Assembly (NCBI GenBank): GCA_020184695.1
Contig: JAANOX010000018.1
Coordinates: forward strand, 62,001-126,000
DNA: 64,000 nucleotides
Source: Histomonas meleagridis 2922-C6/04-290x
Taxonomy: Eukaryota > Protista > Parabasalia
Reading direction: 5' to 3'
The position numbers and the translations under genes are program-made. The notes under the pieces are model-generated. The model made no database searches. It had not been told where the DNA came from and was given only the letters and a program-made list of their open reading frames with translations. Position 1 is the first letter of the stretch. The number at the start of each line of letters is the position of its first letter. This document shows, piece by piece, positions 33,699 through 50,644 of the stretch.

Positions 33699-35654
33699 TT
33701 ACACACTGTCCCCAAACGGGTTATGCAAGTCCTCTAAATCCGTATTGCACTCGTTATTTACTTTCATTCCCCAATTCTTCGGCAGCAATTGTATTGACAT
33801 TGATTTTCCTCTTTGTGCTGTAATGATTAATTTAGTCATTTCTCTTAAAGGCGAATTAAATCTTATAAAAATTTTTGTTTCTTCTTTCACCATTAACATT
33901 CCTTCGATTGGTGCAATGTATAAATTCTTTGGAATCGAATCTTTTTTCACTTTCCAAATCACCCAAACCAATGAATTATTTCTGATGACAATTTCTTGTT
34001 GTTCCGATATCGAACTATCCAAACAATTCACGCTCACGTTAAACGAAGGTATAGTTAATAATCGTAACTCGTCGAACTTATAATCAATGATTTTCATAAG
34101 TTCATTTTTCCTTTCCTCATTAATAATCGGAATCCCAAATCGATAACATGCTTGAACAGGTCGATGATCACTAAATGTCGACTTCAAACTTCGATAATAT
34201 AAACATTTCGGTTCATACGGATAATTATTTAAGTCCAAAAATGTCATTGGCGCATAATTATCAGTGACGAATAGTCCGGTGTTGGACATGAAATGATGTG
34301 CGGCGTCTGTTTCGAATATTAATACGTCTTTAAGACCAACATGTAAACGTTTTGGTGACGTACGTATTAATATTCGATCAGTCCATGATGGTATTCTATG
34401 TTTTGGTGATGTATCATATACGTTACTATTTAAATCATATTTAAATGTCGGATTAAATATGATTTTTGGCTCTTTAAATTCATTTATTATTATATCACTT
34501 TGTTGTGTAATATGTAATTGATCTTTCTCATATAACTCATCTAAACTATTCGCATTAATCTTATCAAGAACTTCATCATATGTAAGCGCAATTCGATAAT
34601 TCAAATCGCCCATAAAGATAATGTAATCGGAGTTCATTTCATACGAAATGATTTCATGCCATTGTGTGTTACGTTGTTCCCAATTTTGATCATGCGGAGC
34701 TAAATGACAACTAATGATTACAAATGATGTCTCGCCAATAGTCATACGGAAATACACAGCAGCTTTGTTGGCTAACATTCCATTAGCGCCAAGTTTTTTG
34801 GTTTGTATCGACGATTCTTTAACTGGAGGATTTAATCCTTTACGGACTAAAACACAACAATAAACACCGCCCATGGAATCATATGCAATGATTTCATACG
34901 AATCATTACTTGCGATATGTTGCGCTTTTAAGATATATTTGGTCCATAGCTCAGTGACTGAACTGTTTCCAGTGACAACTGATTTAAATGACATGTCAAT
35001 TTCTTGCAATGCAATAATGACAATGTCTGACGCACTCGAAGGCGTATAAAATACTTTAGTTAAGTCTGTTAAAACGCTATCGTTAGCTTCGTTACTTGCA
35101 ACATTCCACGTCAGAAAATTGAATGTGAGGGGAACTTCATCGATGTAAAATTGGCTGTTTTGTGAAATGACGCGTTTCTCCCAGATGTCACGACACGAAG
35201 AGTTATATGATAAAGGAAGTAATGCTGTACTGTCACCTAATGGTTCCCCTTTGGGTGGATTGGGTATATCGGAGTTACCTTTTAATTTGCGAAGATATGA
35301 TATATTCTCTGCTGTAAATTGATCTTCATATGTATTGATAAGTAATGAAGTTTTGCCAAAATGAGAAACCATTTGTTCAATGTCTATTAAATCTTTGAAC
35401 TTGAAAGTAAGAGAAATGTTACCATAGCGCGCAAATTGAAGTGTAAATGTTCGGTTAGGATATGAAAATGTAGGAATTAGCTCTGTGGTAATGGGAATAA
35501 AACAAAATGAATTAGGTGCATCTTCAATATATAAAAAAGAAGATGCAATGGAATAATCATAAAGATGAACACTTAATTGAACAGGCCTATCATCATGCGC
35601 AAGAACAGCTTCTGATTTAAACCAAACTTTTGATGATTGAACTGCTTGGAGCAT
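33699..35654 (-). CDS. Inositol polyphosphate 5-phosphatase (OCRL/INPP5B-like)
   Basis: TWNVA, ALQEI, NKAAV, SCHLAPH, GDLNYRI, PTFKYD, PSWTDRIL, SDHRPV. Confidence 0.95.
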   Translation of the reverse strand: MLQAVQSSKVWFKSEAVLAHDDRPVQLSVHLYDYSIASSFLYIEDAPNSFCFIPITTELIPTFSYPNRTFTLQFARYGNISLTFKFKDLIDIEQMVSHFGKTSLLINTYEDQFTAENISYLRKLKGNSDIPNPPKGEPLGDSTALLPLSYNSSCRDIWEKRVISQNSQFYIDEVPLTFNFLTWNVASNEANDSVLTDLTKVFYTPSSASDIVIIALQEIDMSFKSVVTGNSSVTELWTKYILKAQHIASNDSYEIIAYDSMGGVYCCVLVRKGLNPPVKESSIQTKKLGANGMLANKAAVYFRMTIGETSFVIISCHLAPHDQNWEQRNTQWHEIISYEMNSDYIIFMGDLNYRIALTYDEVLDKINANSLDELYEKDQLHITQQSDIIINEFKEPKIIFNPTFKYDLNSNVYDTSPKHRIPSWTDRILIRTSPKRLHVGLKDVLIFETDAAHHFMSNTGLFVTDNYAPMTFLDLNNYPYEPKCLYYRSLKSTFSDHRPVQACYRFGIPIINEERKNELMKIIDYKFDELRLLTIPSFNVSVNCLDSSISEQQEIVIRNNSLVWVIWKVKKDSIPKNLYIAPIEGMLMVKEETKIFIRFNSPLREMTKLIITAQRGKSMSIQLLPKNWGMKVNNECNTDLEDLHNPFGDSV

Positions 35655-36247
35655 TGTGAAACAGATTTAATTCCCAAATTTAAAACCGTTAAATCATTTA
35701 ACGGTCATTTTCAATTACACATGCAAAAACATTAGTAAATTCGTTTTTAAAAAATGCAAACATTATTTATAATGCGAAAACATATGAAGTATTTGGAAAT
35801 TAAAGCAAAAATTGATAAATTAAAAATTTTAAAATCAATTATTAATTTTTTAAAAAAATTACTTTATTTAAAAATACTTTTTGTTGATTCCTTTGAATAA
35901 AAGTCTTTAAGAAAATTGTTATTATTATTTTTTTGATCTGAAAAATAAAATTGATTTTCAGTATGAGAAATTTTGACTAACATCAAAATTGCTATTATGA
36001 AATTTGAATTCATAAGGGACATCAGTTAGTCATCATAATTTTTGGTTATCTTACGTTTTTGATATTGCAGATAGTAATTTTTTAACACGCAGGCTGTCAG
36101 ATTGGGTGTTTGAATTGAAAAAGTCATTCAATTTTGAAAGGTTTAAAATTGGTGTTTGCCGCTTATTTTATCAAAATGTGAACTTTTTGAATGATTATAA
36201 ATTTTATCTCTAAAATACTTAAACGGTTTAGAAAATATTTTTGGTTA

Positions 36248-37216
36248 ATGGCTAGCGTGAATGAATACAGAATTGTCCAAAAATTAGGACAAGGAGGGTA
36301 CGGAGAAATATTTTCTGTTAGGTCACCAAATGAGCCTGGTTTATTCGCATTAAAAACAGAAAATATAGAATCACCAAATAAAGCCATTATAAATGAATTA
36401 GCAATTTTAAAGAAATTACCAAAAGAGCCTTTTTTCCCTCATATAATATCAGAAGGGAAAACGTCAGCCATATTTTATTTTGTAATGGACTTGTATGGCC
36501 CATCTTTAAGTCAGCTAAGACATAAAATTGAAGGATCACATTTCTCAATGAGGACAACAATTAGGGTTGCAAAAGAAACAATTACAATACTTGAAAGCTT
36601 ACATGAAAATGGTGTTGTACATTGTGATATCAAACCATCAAATTTCTTACTTAACAAAGCATCCATAGGAGGTTTTGTTCTTATTGATTACGGATTAAGT
36701 TCCCTTTGGAAAGACCCTAAAACAGATGAACACATTCCACAAAAGAAAAGTAACGGTTTCCGGGGTACCCTAAAATACACATCAGTAAATGTTCACAAAT
36801 TAATAGAGCCAAGTCGACGAGATGATGTTATTTCTTGGTTTTATTCAATTGTTGAATTAGCTAAAGGAGAATTACCATGGAAAAACGTTAAAGATAATAA
36901 TTTATCAATGTCTTGCAAACAAACAATTACACCAGAAAAGTTATGTTCTGGATTGCCAAGACAGTTCATAGAAATGTGGAATTCAATCAAAAACTTAAAA
37001 TTTACAGATTCTCCAAATTATGAATTTCTTAAAGAACAACTTAACGAAGCTCTTGTAGAAAATACAGATGACAATAACCAATACGAGTGGGAAGTTGACA
37101 CTCAAATCCTCCATCAACTTACTCCTCATCCAGAATTGTTTGACTCAAAATTAGTCAATTTATCAGCCCAGCCAATACAAAATGGAAAGCAACACAAAAA
37201 GTGTAGGATATGTTAG
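36248..37216 (+). CDS. Casein kinase 1 family (TTBK-like) kinase
   Basis: LGQGGYGEIF, MDLYGPSL, VHCDIKPSNF, IDYGLS, FRGTLKYTSVNVH, SRRDD. Start at MASV. Confidence 0.93.
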   Translation: MASVNEYRIVQKLGQGGYGEIFSVRSPNEPGLFALKTENIESPNKAIINELAILKKLPKEPFFPHIISEGKTSAIFYFVMDLYGPSLSQLRHKIEGSHFSMRTTIRVAKETITILESLHENGVVHCDIKPSNFLLNKASIGGFVLIDYGLSSLWKDPKTDEHIPQKKSNGFRGTLKYTSVNVHKLIEPSRRDDVISWFYSIVELAKGELPWKNVKDNNLSMSCKQTITPEKLCSGLPRQFIEMWNSIKNLKFTDSPNYEFLKEQLNEALVENTDDNNQYEWEVDTQILHQLTPHPELFDSKLVNLSAQPIQNGKQHKKCRIC

Positions 37217-37442
37217 ATAGAATTGTAATGCGGATTATTGATAAATTCTTTCTTTCTTAATTTTTTTAATTTTTTCATGAAAAAAAACTGAGAATTATTA
37301 CTGTTGTCTAATAGCATGTAAAATTATAATGTTTAATAATATCTTTTAGACTTGTAATTCGATTTCCTCTATTATCGATAATAAACGGTTCCACACTTTT
37401 GCACAAAACCGTTTACAATCCTATTCATCGTTTCAACACGGA

Positions 37443-40400
37443 ATGGAAGGCCCAGGCGAACCCAATTTAGCAGACCTCAAAACAATTCCAGAAACAGGTG
37501 CATCTGCAATTCACTATTGGGCTTCATCAAACGATCTTGACTCATTGATTCTTGTATTAGTTAATGGAGGCGAAAAAGCAATGTTAATTGCTGATAACTA
37601 TGGAAATTCTGTTCTTCATTATGCAGCATGGGCATCAGCAAAAGAAGTTAGTCAATTTGTCGTAAACCATTTTCCAAAAACTCACTTTCAAAATATCAGA
37701 AAGATCACACCTGCTCACATAGCAGCTCAAAGAGGTGATATACCTCTCCTTCGTATTTATCAAACATCGTTAACAATTTTTAATGATGTAACAGCAAAAG
37801 GTTGGAGCCCACTTCACTTTGCAATTTATTATGGCCAAACTGATGCGGTTCATTTTCTTCTTGAAAATAAAATCAACTCAGTTGATGATTTAATTTTAGG
37901 ATCTGAATCAAATACTTTTCTGAATCATCGAAGGCTAAAATTCACATCTCCATATGATCTTGCTCTTATATCAAACCATCAAGAAATCGCTGAATTATTA
38001 TCACAATATGGTGCATTACCGTCATTACATTCAGCTGTATTATTACAAAATCTTTTAGCTGTTACATATTTAGTAGAATCATTTCAATCTAATTCATCTA
38101 AAAATCTTAATCTTACAGCCGGGCCTAAAAATCATACAGCATTACATGTAGCAGCATCTAAAGGTTATTATGCTATTTGTCATTACCTTATTCTTTCTGG
38201 CCTTTCTACTGACCAGCTTGATACCGATGGACTTTCTCCGCTTGAGATTGCAGTAACATCAAAATCAACAAAAACCGTCGAAACGATACAAACGTTCGCC
38301 TCTCAAGAGCAAATCACAAAAGCTGCCTTTTTAGCAGCAGATTTAGGCAATAGTCAAATAGCCTTTAAGCTTGCCAAAGGAATATCATCATTGTCATATA
38401 ATCATGAAGATGGAGATTCCTTGTTAATACATCTGATCAAACGTAATTTATTTGAAGAAGCACTTATAATTGTACAAGCGCAAAAATGTGACATTAAACT
38501 TAAAGATTTACGTGGAGCAACAGCACTTCATTATGCAGCGGCAAGTGGACATTCATTATTACTTAGAGATACATTATCACAATCCAAATTAGCAATTAAT
38601 GATAAAGATAACAATGGAATGACGCCACTTATGTATGCAGTATTAGCTGGAAGTACTGAAATGATAAATTCACTTAAACATTCCGATAATAATGCTACAT
38701 GTAATTGTGGCATTACTCCGTTTTCACTTAGTTATTCATTAGATCTTGGAAATGTTTTAGTTATCAAGAATTCAAAGAACAAGTTAACAATTGATTTTGG
38801 TAAAGCTAAAACATTATTTAAGAATCATAAACTTCAGCCGAAACAAATTTCATTTTTGAAGTTTAAATGCCCAACATTAAATTTAATTGATCATAGATTC
38901 GATAAGTTTATACATTCATTACAATTCTTTGATGATGAAATTGTTGAAGATGTAACAGTATTACATTTAGCAGCAATTGGCGGCTCAAAATCCATCATAA
39001 AAATCATTGAACAAAATCGCGAATTTTTGGATGCAACTGATTCATTCGGACGAACTCCATTACATTATGCAGCGATATCAAATAATTATTCATCAGCCGA
39101 AGTATTAAACTCGGAAATGTTAAATATAAACCAAAAAGATAAAAAAGGTAATACAATATTACATTATTTATTACATGACTCAATGTTACCAGTTGTGAAA
39201 AAGATATTAAAGAATACATCGTTATCATTAATTGATAAAAATAATGATGATGATACACCTTTCCATTTATTATGTAAGACAGGTGCGATACAAATATTAA
39301 CATTATATTTACGTACACTTGAAGCAAATAATAGAGATGTCCTTGATTCAGTTGATAAGTTTGGTAAGACACCAATAATGTATGCATTAGAGAATAATCA
39401 TCAAAATTGTTTGTCGAGTTTACATTCATATGGAGTTATCAATTATTTAACGAAATATGTAAATGAAAATGATTTTGATTCCATTAAAAATTTGGTTGAA
39501 AATGGTCACACTGTAAACTCTAATGATGCTAAAGGTATGACGCCATTACATTATGCATCGATTAAAGGGGACACAAAAATCATTAAATATTTAATTGATC
39601 ATAAAGCAGACTTAAAGGCACAAGATTCACAAGGAATGTATCCATTACATTATGCAGCTAAATCAAATAATATTGAAGCTATTAAAATGTTGTTAAGTTT
39701 GCCATTTAAAATTATTGACCTTAAGCTAAAGGAACAGCCATTCGTATTATGCACTGACCAAAAATGTAAAGAGTTTCTATATAACTATTGGAAAAGACAA
39801 TTCTTTATAAAGTGTATAGAAATCCTTTCGGCAAAATCTAAAGAACCTTTAAACATATTAAAGGGATTCTGTAGTATAAAGGCACCATTCCCTTGGGATG
39901 CAGTCCTAAATATTACAAATCGAATTCTATTCATTAATGAAACTTTATTAAATCGAAGTTTCGATAGTTCAAATCCGTTCAACTTTTCGAATAGTTTACA
40001 CCACTTATTGTTAATTTTTGACACTATAAATTACAATGAATATTTAAACTTTTTACAAAATAAAATTAATGAAATTATTGATCATGTTTTAACTAAAGAT
40101 GTAACACAACATATAAAATCTACTTCTGGTTCTATTTCTAAGATTGTGCCACTTATAAATAATTTGTTATTAATCTTTTATCCGATTTATTGGTTGAGCC
40201 AATGCTCATTCTTTATCACTAAGATTTGTAATCATTCGATTAAAGATTACGATGACTTAAAAGTTTTGAGCTCCATCAAGGTGAACGTTAACGATCAAAA
40301 CATTAAAGCCGATCAAATCCTCAGAAAATTGAATGTCTCTATCAATAATTCGGTTATGAACTTAACGGAAACCAAAATCATGTCACAAATATTGAACCAA

Positions 40401-41033
40401 TCGACATCTAATACTATTTTATATATCACTACTGCACGTATTAGTAATGTTCGATCAGTTACACGACATATTTTCCAACCAAGTTTTTTGCAAATCTTTA
40501 AGAGGTTTTATGGAAATGATTATTATTTGCCAAGATTAATACCATTTAATCGAGGGCAATTACTTAAGTTAATATTAACTAATGATTTTATAATACTTTC
40601 ATCATGTGAAAAAAGTAATGAGACGAATACAATTTCTTTTCCTTATTCATGTGTTTATGTGATTGAGTATAAAACGAATAAAAGATTTGTTTATAGGTTT
40701 TTAACACCCGCTGGAAGATTCGAAATATATCTTGAGATTGAGGATAAGACGATGTATAACTTCATTACAACTATTGGACTTCGTAACATGAGAATTAATT
40801 CCGGAAAAAGCTGTTTCCAGAAGAATAACAATAGAGTCTTCCAATGTTTGGTGAATTATTCGGTTTCGAGAAATTACTTGTCCACTAAAATGCTGATTAT
40901 TAAGGCAGGAGAAGTGGACGAATGCGAAGATATATGCAGAAATCATTTGATGGAATCTTTGGGTTCGCCAATTGCTTTCATATCTGTGATGGCAAGAGAC
41001 GTAACAACTGACGAGGATTTGATTATCATTTAA
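37443..41033 (+). CDS. Large conventional ankyrin-repeat protein, uninterrupted
   Basis: 1196-aa ORF with many contiguous loops (DNYGNSVLH, DSFGRTPLH, DKKGNTILH, DAKGMTPLH); no spacers. Confidence 0.95.
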   Translation: MEGPGEPNLADLKTIPETGASAIHYWASSNDLDSLILVLVNGGEKAMLIADNYGNSVLHYAAWASAKEVSQFVVNHFPKTHFQNIRKITPAHIAAQRGDIPLLRIYQTSLTIFNDVTAKGWSPLHFAIYYGQTDAVHFLLENKINSVDDLILGSESNTFLNHRRLKFTSPYDLALISNHQEIAELLSQYGALPSLHSAVLLQNLLAVTYLVESFQSNSSKNLNLTAGPKNHTALHVAASKGYYAICHYLILSGLSTDQLDTDGLSPLEIAVTSKSTKTVETIQTFASQEQITKAAFLAADLGNSQIAFKLAKGISSLSYNHEDGDSLLIHLIKRNLFEEALIIVQAQKCDIKLKDLRGATALHYAAASGHSLLLRDTLSQSKLAINDKDNNGMTPLMYAVLAGSTEMINSLKHSDNNATCNCGITPFSLSYSLDLGNVLVIKNSKNKLTIDFGKAKTLFKNHKLQPKQISFLKFKCPTLNLIDHRFDKFIHSLQFFDDEIVEDVTVLHLAAIGGSKSIIKIIEQNREFLDATDSFGRTPLHYAAISNNYSSAEVLNSEMLNINQKDKKGNTILHYLLHDSMLPVVKKILKNTSLSLIDKNNDDDTPFHLLCKTGAIQILTLYLRTLEANNRDVLDSVDKFGKTPIMYALENNHQNCLSSLHSYGVINYLTKYVNENDFDSIKNLVENGHTVNSNDAKGMTPLHYASIKGDTKIIKYLIDHKADLKAQDSQGMYPLHYAAKSNNIEAIKMLLSLPFKIIDLKLKEQPFVLCTDQKCKEFLYNYWKRQFFIKCIEILSAKSKEPLNILKGFCSIKAPFPWDAVLNITNRILFINETLLNRSFDSSNPFNFSNSLHHLLLIFDTINYNEYLNFLQNKINEIIDHVLTKDVTQHIKSTSGSISKIVPLINNLLLIFYPIYWLSQCSFFITKICNHSIKDYDDLKVLSSIKVNVNDQNIKADQILRKLNVSINNSVMNLTETKIMSQILNQSTSNTILYITTARISNVRSVTRHIFQPSFLQIFKRFYGNDYYLPRLIPFNRGQLLKLILTNDFIILSSCEKSNETNTISFPYSCVYVIEYKTNKRFVYRFLTPAGRFEIYLEIEDKTMYNFITTIGLRNMRINSGKSCFQKNNNRVFQCLVNYSVSRNYLSTKMLIIKAGEVDECEDICRNHLMESLGSPIAFISVMARDVTTDEDLIII

Positions 41034-42011
41034 ATAAACGTTTTATTTAGAGTATGAAATTGTTTAAAAAAAATTTTTTTTGTTGAATAAATATAAAAAG
41101 TTTACTCTATAAAGAATAATGATTTACTTATGTTGACATTTAAAATTGATGATGTATTACATATAATCTGTGTGTTCATCATATTGTGGATTTTTATAAT
41201 CGTATGGCATATGCTCATTTTCATTTTGTGCAATATCACATGAATTTTGGAAAGAATTTGCTCTTTATTGATGGGAACCGGTGCATCAATTACTTCTGAA
41301 TCAAGTTGAGTTTGCGTTTCATATCGAAGAGAAACTTCTTCTACTACAGAACCTTGCAATTGAGATTCCTCTTGTTCTTGCTATGTTGATTCCTCATCAA
41401 ATGACATTTGTTGTGATTTTTGAAATTCTTCATGAGGTTGTTGTTCTTCTGACAAAAAAGCTTGGAACTGATTGCTATGTGATATTTTCATTGTGGTATT
41501 ACGTTATTGACATTTAACAATTATAATAGTAATAATAATAATAATTGCACATATTGAGAAATAGCAATAGCTACAATTAAACCTGTTGAAAGTAAAGGCT
41601 TTGGAAATATTGTGAATTCATTACATTTCTGGAAACCTTTTATTATTTTAAGTGGCTCGAAATATGGTATTCTTTAGCATATACATGTATGACTTCAATT
41701 CCATCAAATGTACTTCCAAAAGTTATACACAGCCTTGAAAGGCTTTTCAATGAATACTACTCATTTCATCACCAAAATTAAAATTGGTTAATAATATAGA
41801 GTGTGAAAATACACTATTTTCAAGTTGATTTATGCAAAAAATTTCATATAGACTTATACAGAAATCAAATACTAATGCTTAAATCGTATTTAGTATTTCT
41901 GGAAATTCAATTTCTTATAATTTTGAAATTCGTCAGTAATATTAAAAAAAAATTATTAAATAATTTAATTTTAAGCTTTTTCATCATTCAAACAAAATTT
42001 GAATTTTATTT

Positions 42012-43691
42012 TCATTTTTTCTTTTTCCTGAAGAACTTTTTCTTGTTCTTTTTCTTTTCGCCCTTTTTCCCGAATATTTCCTTTGTATCCTTCGTTACAG
42101 GCTTATCGAATGGATTCTCGACTGGCACCGGCCTCTTCGTCTTAACTTTTCTCACGTGCCCCTTATCCAATGACTGATCCCATTCATCTGGAGGCGTTTC
42201 TTCCCATTTGTGCGTCATCTCTTCTCTTTCTTCGCTTACTTGTACTCCGTTCCATTTTGCAGTTTCGTGAACTTTCTTTGACTTCAGTAACATTTCCATT
42301 GGGTTTGCGACAGCTTTTGTCTTTTTGTTCTTATTCACTTTACGATTTTTCCTATCAGTTGTATCTACGACAATGACTTCTTCTTCATCAGGAATTTCTT
42401 TATTTTTATTATTATTTTCTTTTTTAATTGAACTTCTTTTTAGTTGTTTTTGTATGGATTTTGTTATGTTTTCGATTGCATTATTTGTTCTTTGTTCATT
42501 TTCTTTTTCATTTTCATTAATTTCTTCTTCACTTTCAGCTTCAGAAGTGTTTTGTATTTGTACAATTTTCGATGTTTCCGTTTGAACATTTGGTTCGTTT
42601 CGAGTATAAAATAATAACTGCGGATTAAAACTATTTAATGTATTAAGTTCAATTGTTTCGATCTTTCCGTTTTGCATAATACACCATATTCCGGATGATG
42701 ATAAGAAAACCGGATGAAAACGTCCGCCTTCTGATGTGTTACCATCATATGATGTAAAAGCGCAAAGTTTATATGGGATATTACTAATTTGAAGTTGTAA
42801 TATTTTGGTGATGTCGAATTTTCGTTTTTTATAATGCCAATCTTCGCTCCAATTGTTAATTTGCATGGTAAATATAAGTGGAAGTTCAGTAAAAGTCTCA
42901 GTAAGAATCATTGGACTACCACATGATTCACAATTACAATCTTCAACTGATATCTTATTCGATTGTGAGATGGATTTTTCAACTTTATTGGGTACACCTA
43001 ACATCCAGAAGCCATCTTTGATGATACGGGAACGACCACATTGCTCACATATAAGTTTGTTAGTTGATTCAATTCGAAACATTTGACCAATGGCTGTAGA
43101 AAATGGATTAAAGTTGGAAAAAGCACGGCTGGTAGAAAACTCATCGGATTGGAGGACATTGAGGAGATTATTAAGGAATTCGGCACTATCACCATATGAA
43201 CCTGATTTCCAATTTCGATCAAAGACATTGAGATCAAGTGGAAATTGTGGTGTTTCTTTGTTTTCTAACTCTTCATAAAAACGGTATATCTTACAAAGAG
43301 TACATCCAACTCTTTTGCAAGTCGGTTTGTGGAATTTGGAAAATTGCCGAAATGAAGGACATGCTTTAAGAGCAAAAAGAATGGAAATAGCAAAGCCTCG
43401 ATTAGATTTGTCATTGTAACCTATTCCAACATTAAATCGTTGAGACCAATTTTTGATCTCTCCAAGTTTCTTTGGGTCAAAAATTGATGGCTTTGTATTT
43501 GATTGACTTTTTTTAGTTCCGCCATAACAAATACTATAATTTTCGGTATTTTTAGAAAATGTAATTGTTTCTGATATATCTAATTTATATTCATATTTTG
43601 CTGGGACAAAATTTATTCTTCTTGGTAACACTTCCACCGAAACGTTTTTTAACGCTGCATTTATTTCTTCGTCTTTTTTTGATTTCTTCAT
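42012..43691 (-). CDS. USP36/UBP23-like ubiquitin-specific protease with degenerate catalytic boxes
   Basis: USP fold motifs (CTLC, DSAEFL, C..C fingers, PLIFTMQI) and C-terminal DEWDQSLDKGHVRKVK. Cys box reads SNRGF; His box reads GGRFH. Confidence 0.75.
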   Translation of the reverse strand: MKKSKKDEEINAALKNVSVEVLPRRINFVPAKYEYKLDISETITFSKNTENYSICYGGTKKSQSNTKPSIFDPKKLGEIKNWSQRFNVGIGYNDKSNRGFAISILFALKACPSFRQFSKFHKPTCKRVGCTLCKIYRFYEELENKETPQFPLDLNVFDRNWKSGSYGDSAEFLNNLLNVLQSDEFSTSRAFSNFNPFSTAIGQMFRIESTNKLICEQCGRSRIIKDGFWMLGVPNKVEKSISQSNKISVEDCNCESCGSPMILTETFTELPLIFTMQINNWSEDWHYKKRKFDITKILQLQISNIPYKLCAFTSYDGNTSEGGRFHPVFLSSSGIWCIMQNGKIETIELNTLNSFNPQLLFYTRNEPNVQTETSKIVQIQNTSEAESEEEINENEKENEQRTNNAIENITKSIQKQLKRSSIKKENNNKNKEIPDEEEVIVVDTTDRKNRKVNKNKKTKAVANPMEMLLKSKKVHETAKWNGVQVSEEREEMTHKWEETPPDEWDQSLDKGHVRKVKTKRPVPVENPFDKPVTKDTKEIFGKKGEKKKNKKKFFRKKKK

Positions 43692-43783
43692 TCCGACATA
43701 AATCTTTAATTTGAATCAATACTTGGTCGACCAATAACACATTTCATAAACCAATCAAAAAGTCATTTAAATTTTTTTTTTAA

Positions 43784-48788
<5,005 letters not shown>

Positions 48789-49314
48789 CTTCAAAAAGTG
48801 AATTCACAACTTCTATGGGAGTTCACTCATGCTATCGTATCATACAATTATTGGGGTGACCCTAAACAAACACTTTTTTTGGAAGAAGATTTAAATTAAT
48901 ATTCAACAAAATATAATTATTAATTTATTAACATATCGGAAATTATAATATTGACAAGTGATCTACAATAATAAAATGGACCATATCCTATTAATATAAC
49001 AAAAATTGGAATCGTGATATTATTCAATAATGAACAATCAGAAAATGAATACTGTCAAGATTTAACTGAATTTGGAATTATATTATTATCCAAAGATGAA
49101 CAACTTAAATTTGAAAATTCCATTTTTTGAATCAGTTTATGTCGAGCAGTTAAATTGACTCATATATCTCATTAGATAATGACAGAGATATAATACCATT
49201 TTTACAAACATTTTCGTATAATTTTATGTTTTGTAGCAACAAATTTCTCAATAAAGATTTTTTATTATAATTAGAAATATTTCAAAAGAGTTATAAATGA
49301 TGTGTTTAGATATT

Positions 49315-49983
49315 TTATTCCTTCTTTTTTTGTGTCTGCCCATGAGACAGTAAAAGAATTGTTAAAGCCCAAATCAAAATTGTCGAAACTAAACGCAACA
49401 AATCAGGGACATATGCAGGTATTTGTCCTTTTGGTTCTATTGCAGAGAGTGCGCCTGGTAATCCGGTCAGAAGAATAAAAAATTGTGTCTTGACATCGAG
49501 TTGTGTAATTTTAGAAAGATTGCCTAATGAAAGACATATTCGTTCCATAGCAAAGTACAAAAACAAATGAGAAACTGTTGAAAAGGCAAATGTGATATGT
49601 TTTGGTTCTAATTCAAATGACCTTGAATTAGATATGAATGTGAGAATTGAAATTGAAAAAGCGGAGAGAGAAGCCCATAAAAAGGATATTATATGCCCTT
49701 TTTCCTCATTTTTGACTTTGTTTTTGTAAAAAACATATCTGAAAGCAATAAATTCAAATGAATTTATGAATAAATTGATGAAAAATGATTGAACAGGGAA
49801 ACTTTGAACTTCTGGGATGATAGCTGAGATAGCAAACAATTTGATAAATGCAGATATTGCAAAATAGAGAAGAATTGATGGGAGCAGTTTCTTCATGTAT
49901 TGAAGATTAATATCTAGCCCAAAAGCGCATCCTACGTATGGGAGAAATCCGATGATTATAAATAGAAGAAAAGAAGAAAACAT
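49315..49983 (-). CDS. TMEM147-like multipass membrane protein
   Basis: GFLPY near the N-terminus and FIKLFAISAIIP resemble TMEM147 (AYFPY, LCKMLFLATFFP). Start at the ATG of MFSSF after TCAAT. Confidence 0.6.
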   Translation of the reverse strand: MFSSFLLFIIIGFLPYVGCAFGLDINLQYMKKLLPSILLYFAISAFIKLFAISAIIPEVQSFPVQSFFINLFINSFEFIAFRYVFYKNKVKNEEKGHIISFLWASLSAFSISILTFISNSRSFELEPKHITFAFSTVSHLFLYFAMERICLSLGNLSKITQLDVKTQFFILLTGLPGALSAIEPKGQIPAYVPDLLRLVSTILIWALTILLLSHGQTQKKKE

Positions 49984-50161
49984 ATTGACCAGTTTGGCTT
50001 GATCAAAAAGTGTCACATTAACGTTCTCTTTAATAGAACTTTTTGAATTTTTAAAACATCTGCAGATTTATTAAAGGAAGAATTATCATTTTTGCATAAC
50101 AAAAGAAGCTTCATCATAGCTATGAATAATAATGAACATTAAGATGAAATAATTTGTTTAT

Positions 50162-50644
50162 TCAAAAGAGTGATGTCTTTTTCATAATGTGAACAAATTC
50201 TTCATAAGATACTTCACCATCACCATCACGATCAGCTTCTTGTATCATTTCCCTAAGTTCTTCATCAGTAAGATTTTCTCCAAGTTCAATGCTTACACGT
50301 TTTAAATTTTTGAATGTGATTTTACCAGTATTGTCATCATCAAAGAGGCGAAATGCTTTTCGAATTTCATCTTCTGGGTTCCTCTCTTGCATTTTCTTTG
50401 TCATCATTTGCAAAAATTGAGCAAAACTTATTGAACCAGTTCTTTCTGTATCTACATCATTGATCATTCTACGAATTTCTTCTTTTGTTGGGTCAAATCC
50501 AAGTGCTTTCATTGCAACTTTTAATTCTTTAGCATCAATAGACCCACTTCCATCAGTATCGAAAAGATCAAAAGCCTCACGAATTTCTTGTCGTTGTTCT
50601 TCAGAAAGTTCGCTTCTTGCTTTGTTCTCTGGGGTTTGAGACAT
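50162..50644 (-). CDS. Centrin (EF-hand)
   Basis: [41 protein letters not shown]...[35 protein letters not shown]. Confidence 0.97.
   Translation of the reverse strand: MSQTPENKARSELSEEQRQEIREAFDLFDTDGSGSIDAKELKVAMKALGFDPTKEEIRRMINDVDTERTGSISFAQFLQMMTKKMQERNPEDEIRKAFRLFDDDNTGKITFKNLKRVSIELGENLTDEELREMIQEADRDGDGEVSYEEFVHIMKKTSLF

Noticed and set aside
41102-41500. Possible read-through gene with an in-frame TAG (ACA TAG CAA GAA)
   Set aside because: Low-complexity, no recognisable homology and further stops upstream; most likely pseudogene debris.
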